DNA of 64,000 bases from an uncultured Candidatus Saccharibacteria bacterium (GTDB lineage: Bacteria; Patescibacteriota; Minisyncoccia; Portnoybacterales; UBA2143), in NCBI GenBank assembly GCA_964403725.1, contig CAYOHI010000002.1, forward strand, positions 21,644-85,643, written 5' to 3'. A model generated the notes under the pieces. It was not told the DNA's origin, searched no databases, and saw only the letters and a list, made by a program, of their open reading frames with translations. Below, piece by piece: positions 62,871 through 64,000 of the stretch (position 1 is its first letter; the number at the start of each line of letters is the position of its first letter). A program made the position numbers and the translations under genes.

Positions 62871-64000
62871 TGATTTTTAATATTTTATTTTTACCATTTG
62901 TTTTCTTTCTTGGTCTGATTACTAGTTACCAAGATACTAAATACGGCAAAGTTAAGAATAAGTGGATTATTCTGGGTTTGAGCTGGGGATTAATTGTTAT
63001 TGTGTTCTTTTTTGCCTGGTATTTTGTCGCCTCGCCAATTACCCGCTATTACTATTTTGAAATCCAGAATTTGCCAGATGATTCTCCAGCTCCTGTCTTT
63101 ACCGTTTCTCTGGGATATCTAAGTAGGGTTATGACCAATGCTATCATTGCTTTAGTCCTTTCATATCTGATGTGGCGCTTTGGCGCCTGGGCAGCCGGGG
63201 ATGCCAAGCTTTTTGCCGTTTATGCCCTATTGATACCTCTGGAATATTATTGGAAATCATATTTACCATATTTTCCTTCTTTTGTCTTGCTAATAAATAT
63301 TTTTATTCCTATTTTTCTGTACCTTTTAATTAGATCCATCATATATTTTATAAAATTTCTTTATCTTAAATTATCTGATCCAAAAGAGAGGAATAAGAAG
63401 ATAAAGCTTGATAAGAAGAGAATTAAAGGGAGGATCAAAGGAATGGGAATAATGGCTCTCATTTTTATCACTATCTTTTTAGCCTTTGGCTTGTTCCAGG
63501 AGCCAATTCAGAATGCTTTCAATATTAATATATCTTCCATCCAGATCTTTATCTTTGCCGGTTTAATAATCTTTAGCAGCTTTTTAGCTGCTTTCTTTAA
63601 AAAACCAATTGTTTTCAAGGTATTTCTTGCTTTATTAGTTGTAATGCTAATCTATGGCTTGAGCGATTCTCCTTCGGCTACTTGGCAGATTATCCAGCGG
63701 ACATTAAAAATGATGATTATATTCATGACTATTTTAAATATATTCAGGGCCTTGATCGATTTCCATATCTTGAAAACTGGAACCAGAGAGATAAGGGTTA
63801 AGGATTTGAAACCAGGAATGAATTTGGATGAAGAGATAATCAACAGGATGAAAAGAAAAAAGAAACTTTTCAAGAAATATATGGGCCATATTTATCCTGG
63901 AGGATTGACTCCAGAACAAGTTGATTTTACAAAAAAATGGTTGAAAAAGACTGATTTGAAAAAAGTTAGTATCTACAAGCTTTTCCCTTTTGTGACTTGG
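62870..64000 (+). CDS. A24-family (prepilin/preflagellin-type) aspartic peptidase, runs off right edge; not in ORF track
   Basis: ATG overlaps hxsC stop; MIFNILFLP...ITSYQD.K..VKNK, WAAGDAKLF, many TM helices, late VKDLKPGM...GGLTPEQV...FPF. Confidence 0.8.
   Translation, partial: MIFNILFLPFVFFLGLITSYQDTKYGKVKNKWIILGLSWGLIVIVFFFAWYFVASPITRYYYFEIQNLPDDSPAPVFTVSLGYLSRVMTNAIIALVLSYLMWRFGAWAAGDAKLFAVYALLIPLEYYWKSYLPYFPSFVLLINIFIPIFLYLLIRSIIYFIKFLYLKLSDPKERNKKIKLDKKRIKGRIKGMGIMALIFITIFLAFGLFQEPIQNAFNINISSIQIFIFAGLIIFSSFLAAFFKKPIVFKVFLALLVVMLIYGLSDSPSATWQIIQRTLKMMIIFMTILNIFRALIDFHILKTGTREIRVKDLKPGMNLDEEIINRMKRKKKLFKKYMGHIYPGGLTPEQVDFTKKWLKKTDLKKVSIYKLFPFVTW

Noticed and set aside
724-63919. Numerous 60-175 aa antisense or alternate-frame ORFs in the track (e.g. 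724, 2737, 10334, 25153, 40371, 52311, 61448)
   Set aside because: Fully overlap well-supported genes and have no motifs; typical shadow ORFs.

Overview
AT-rich bacterial chromosome segment that looks like CPR/Patescibacteria (Parcubacteria-like). This is an inference from the compact genes, many genes lacking a Shine-Dalgarno (SD) site, a shortened ValRS, tRNA-Arg(GCG) and a CPR-style type IV pilus locus. 1-22 kb: housekeeping genes (valS, tsaD, ychF, recG, comF, Hsp20, PrsW), four tRNAs, a RelB/DinJ-YafQ-type toxin-antitoxin pair, and small orphan genes with their own SD sites and terminators. These include an un-called 58-aa, 12-Cys peptide and a probable structured ncRNA. 22-31.6 kb: complete type IV pilus operon. 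32-64 kb (open at the right edge): a very large His-Xaa-Ser (Hxs) RiPP-type locus. It has a precursor with 15 HxS repeats and an Flp-prepilin-like/hydrophobic leader, HxsB, two HxsD-like genes, and 13 radical SAM genes (14 domains). It also has two U32 pairs, a paralogous TsaD/TsaC pair, an SHMT/transaldolase-like PLP enzyme, glycosyltransferases, a kinase, a methyltransferase, an inverted nucleoside-handling operon and a second A24 peptidase. The best candidate for an undescribed system is a heavily modified, membrane-targeted or pilus-linked HxS peptide. All family calls come from motif recognition by eye; no database search was run.
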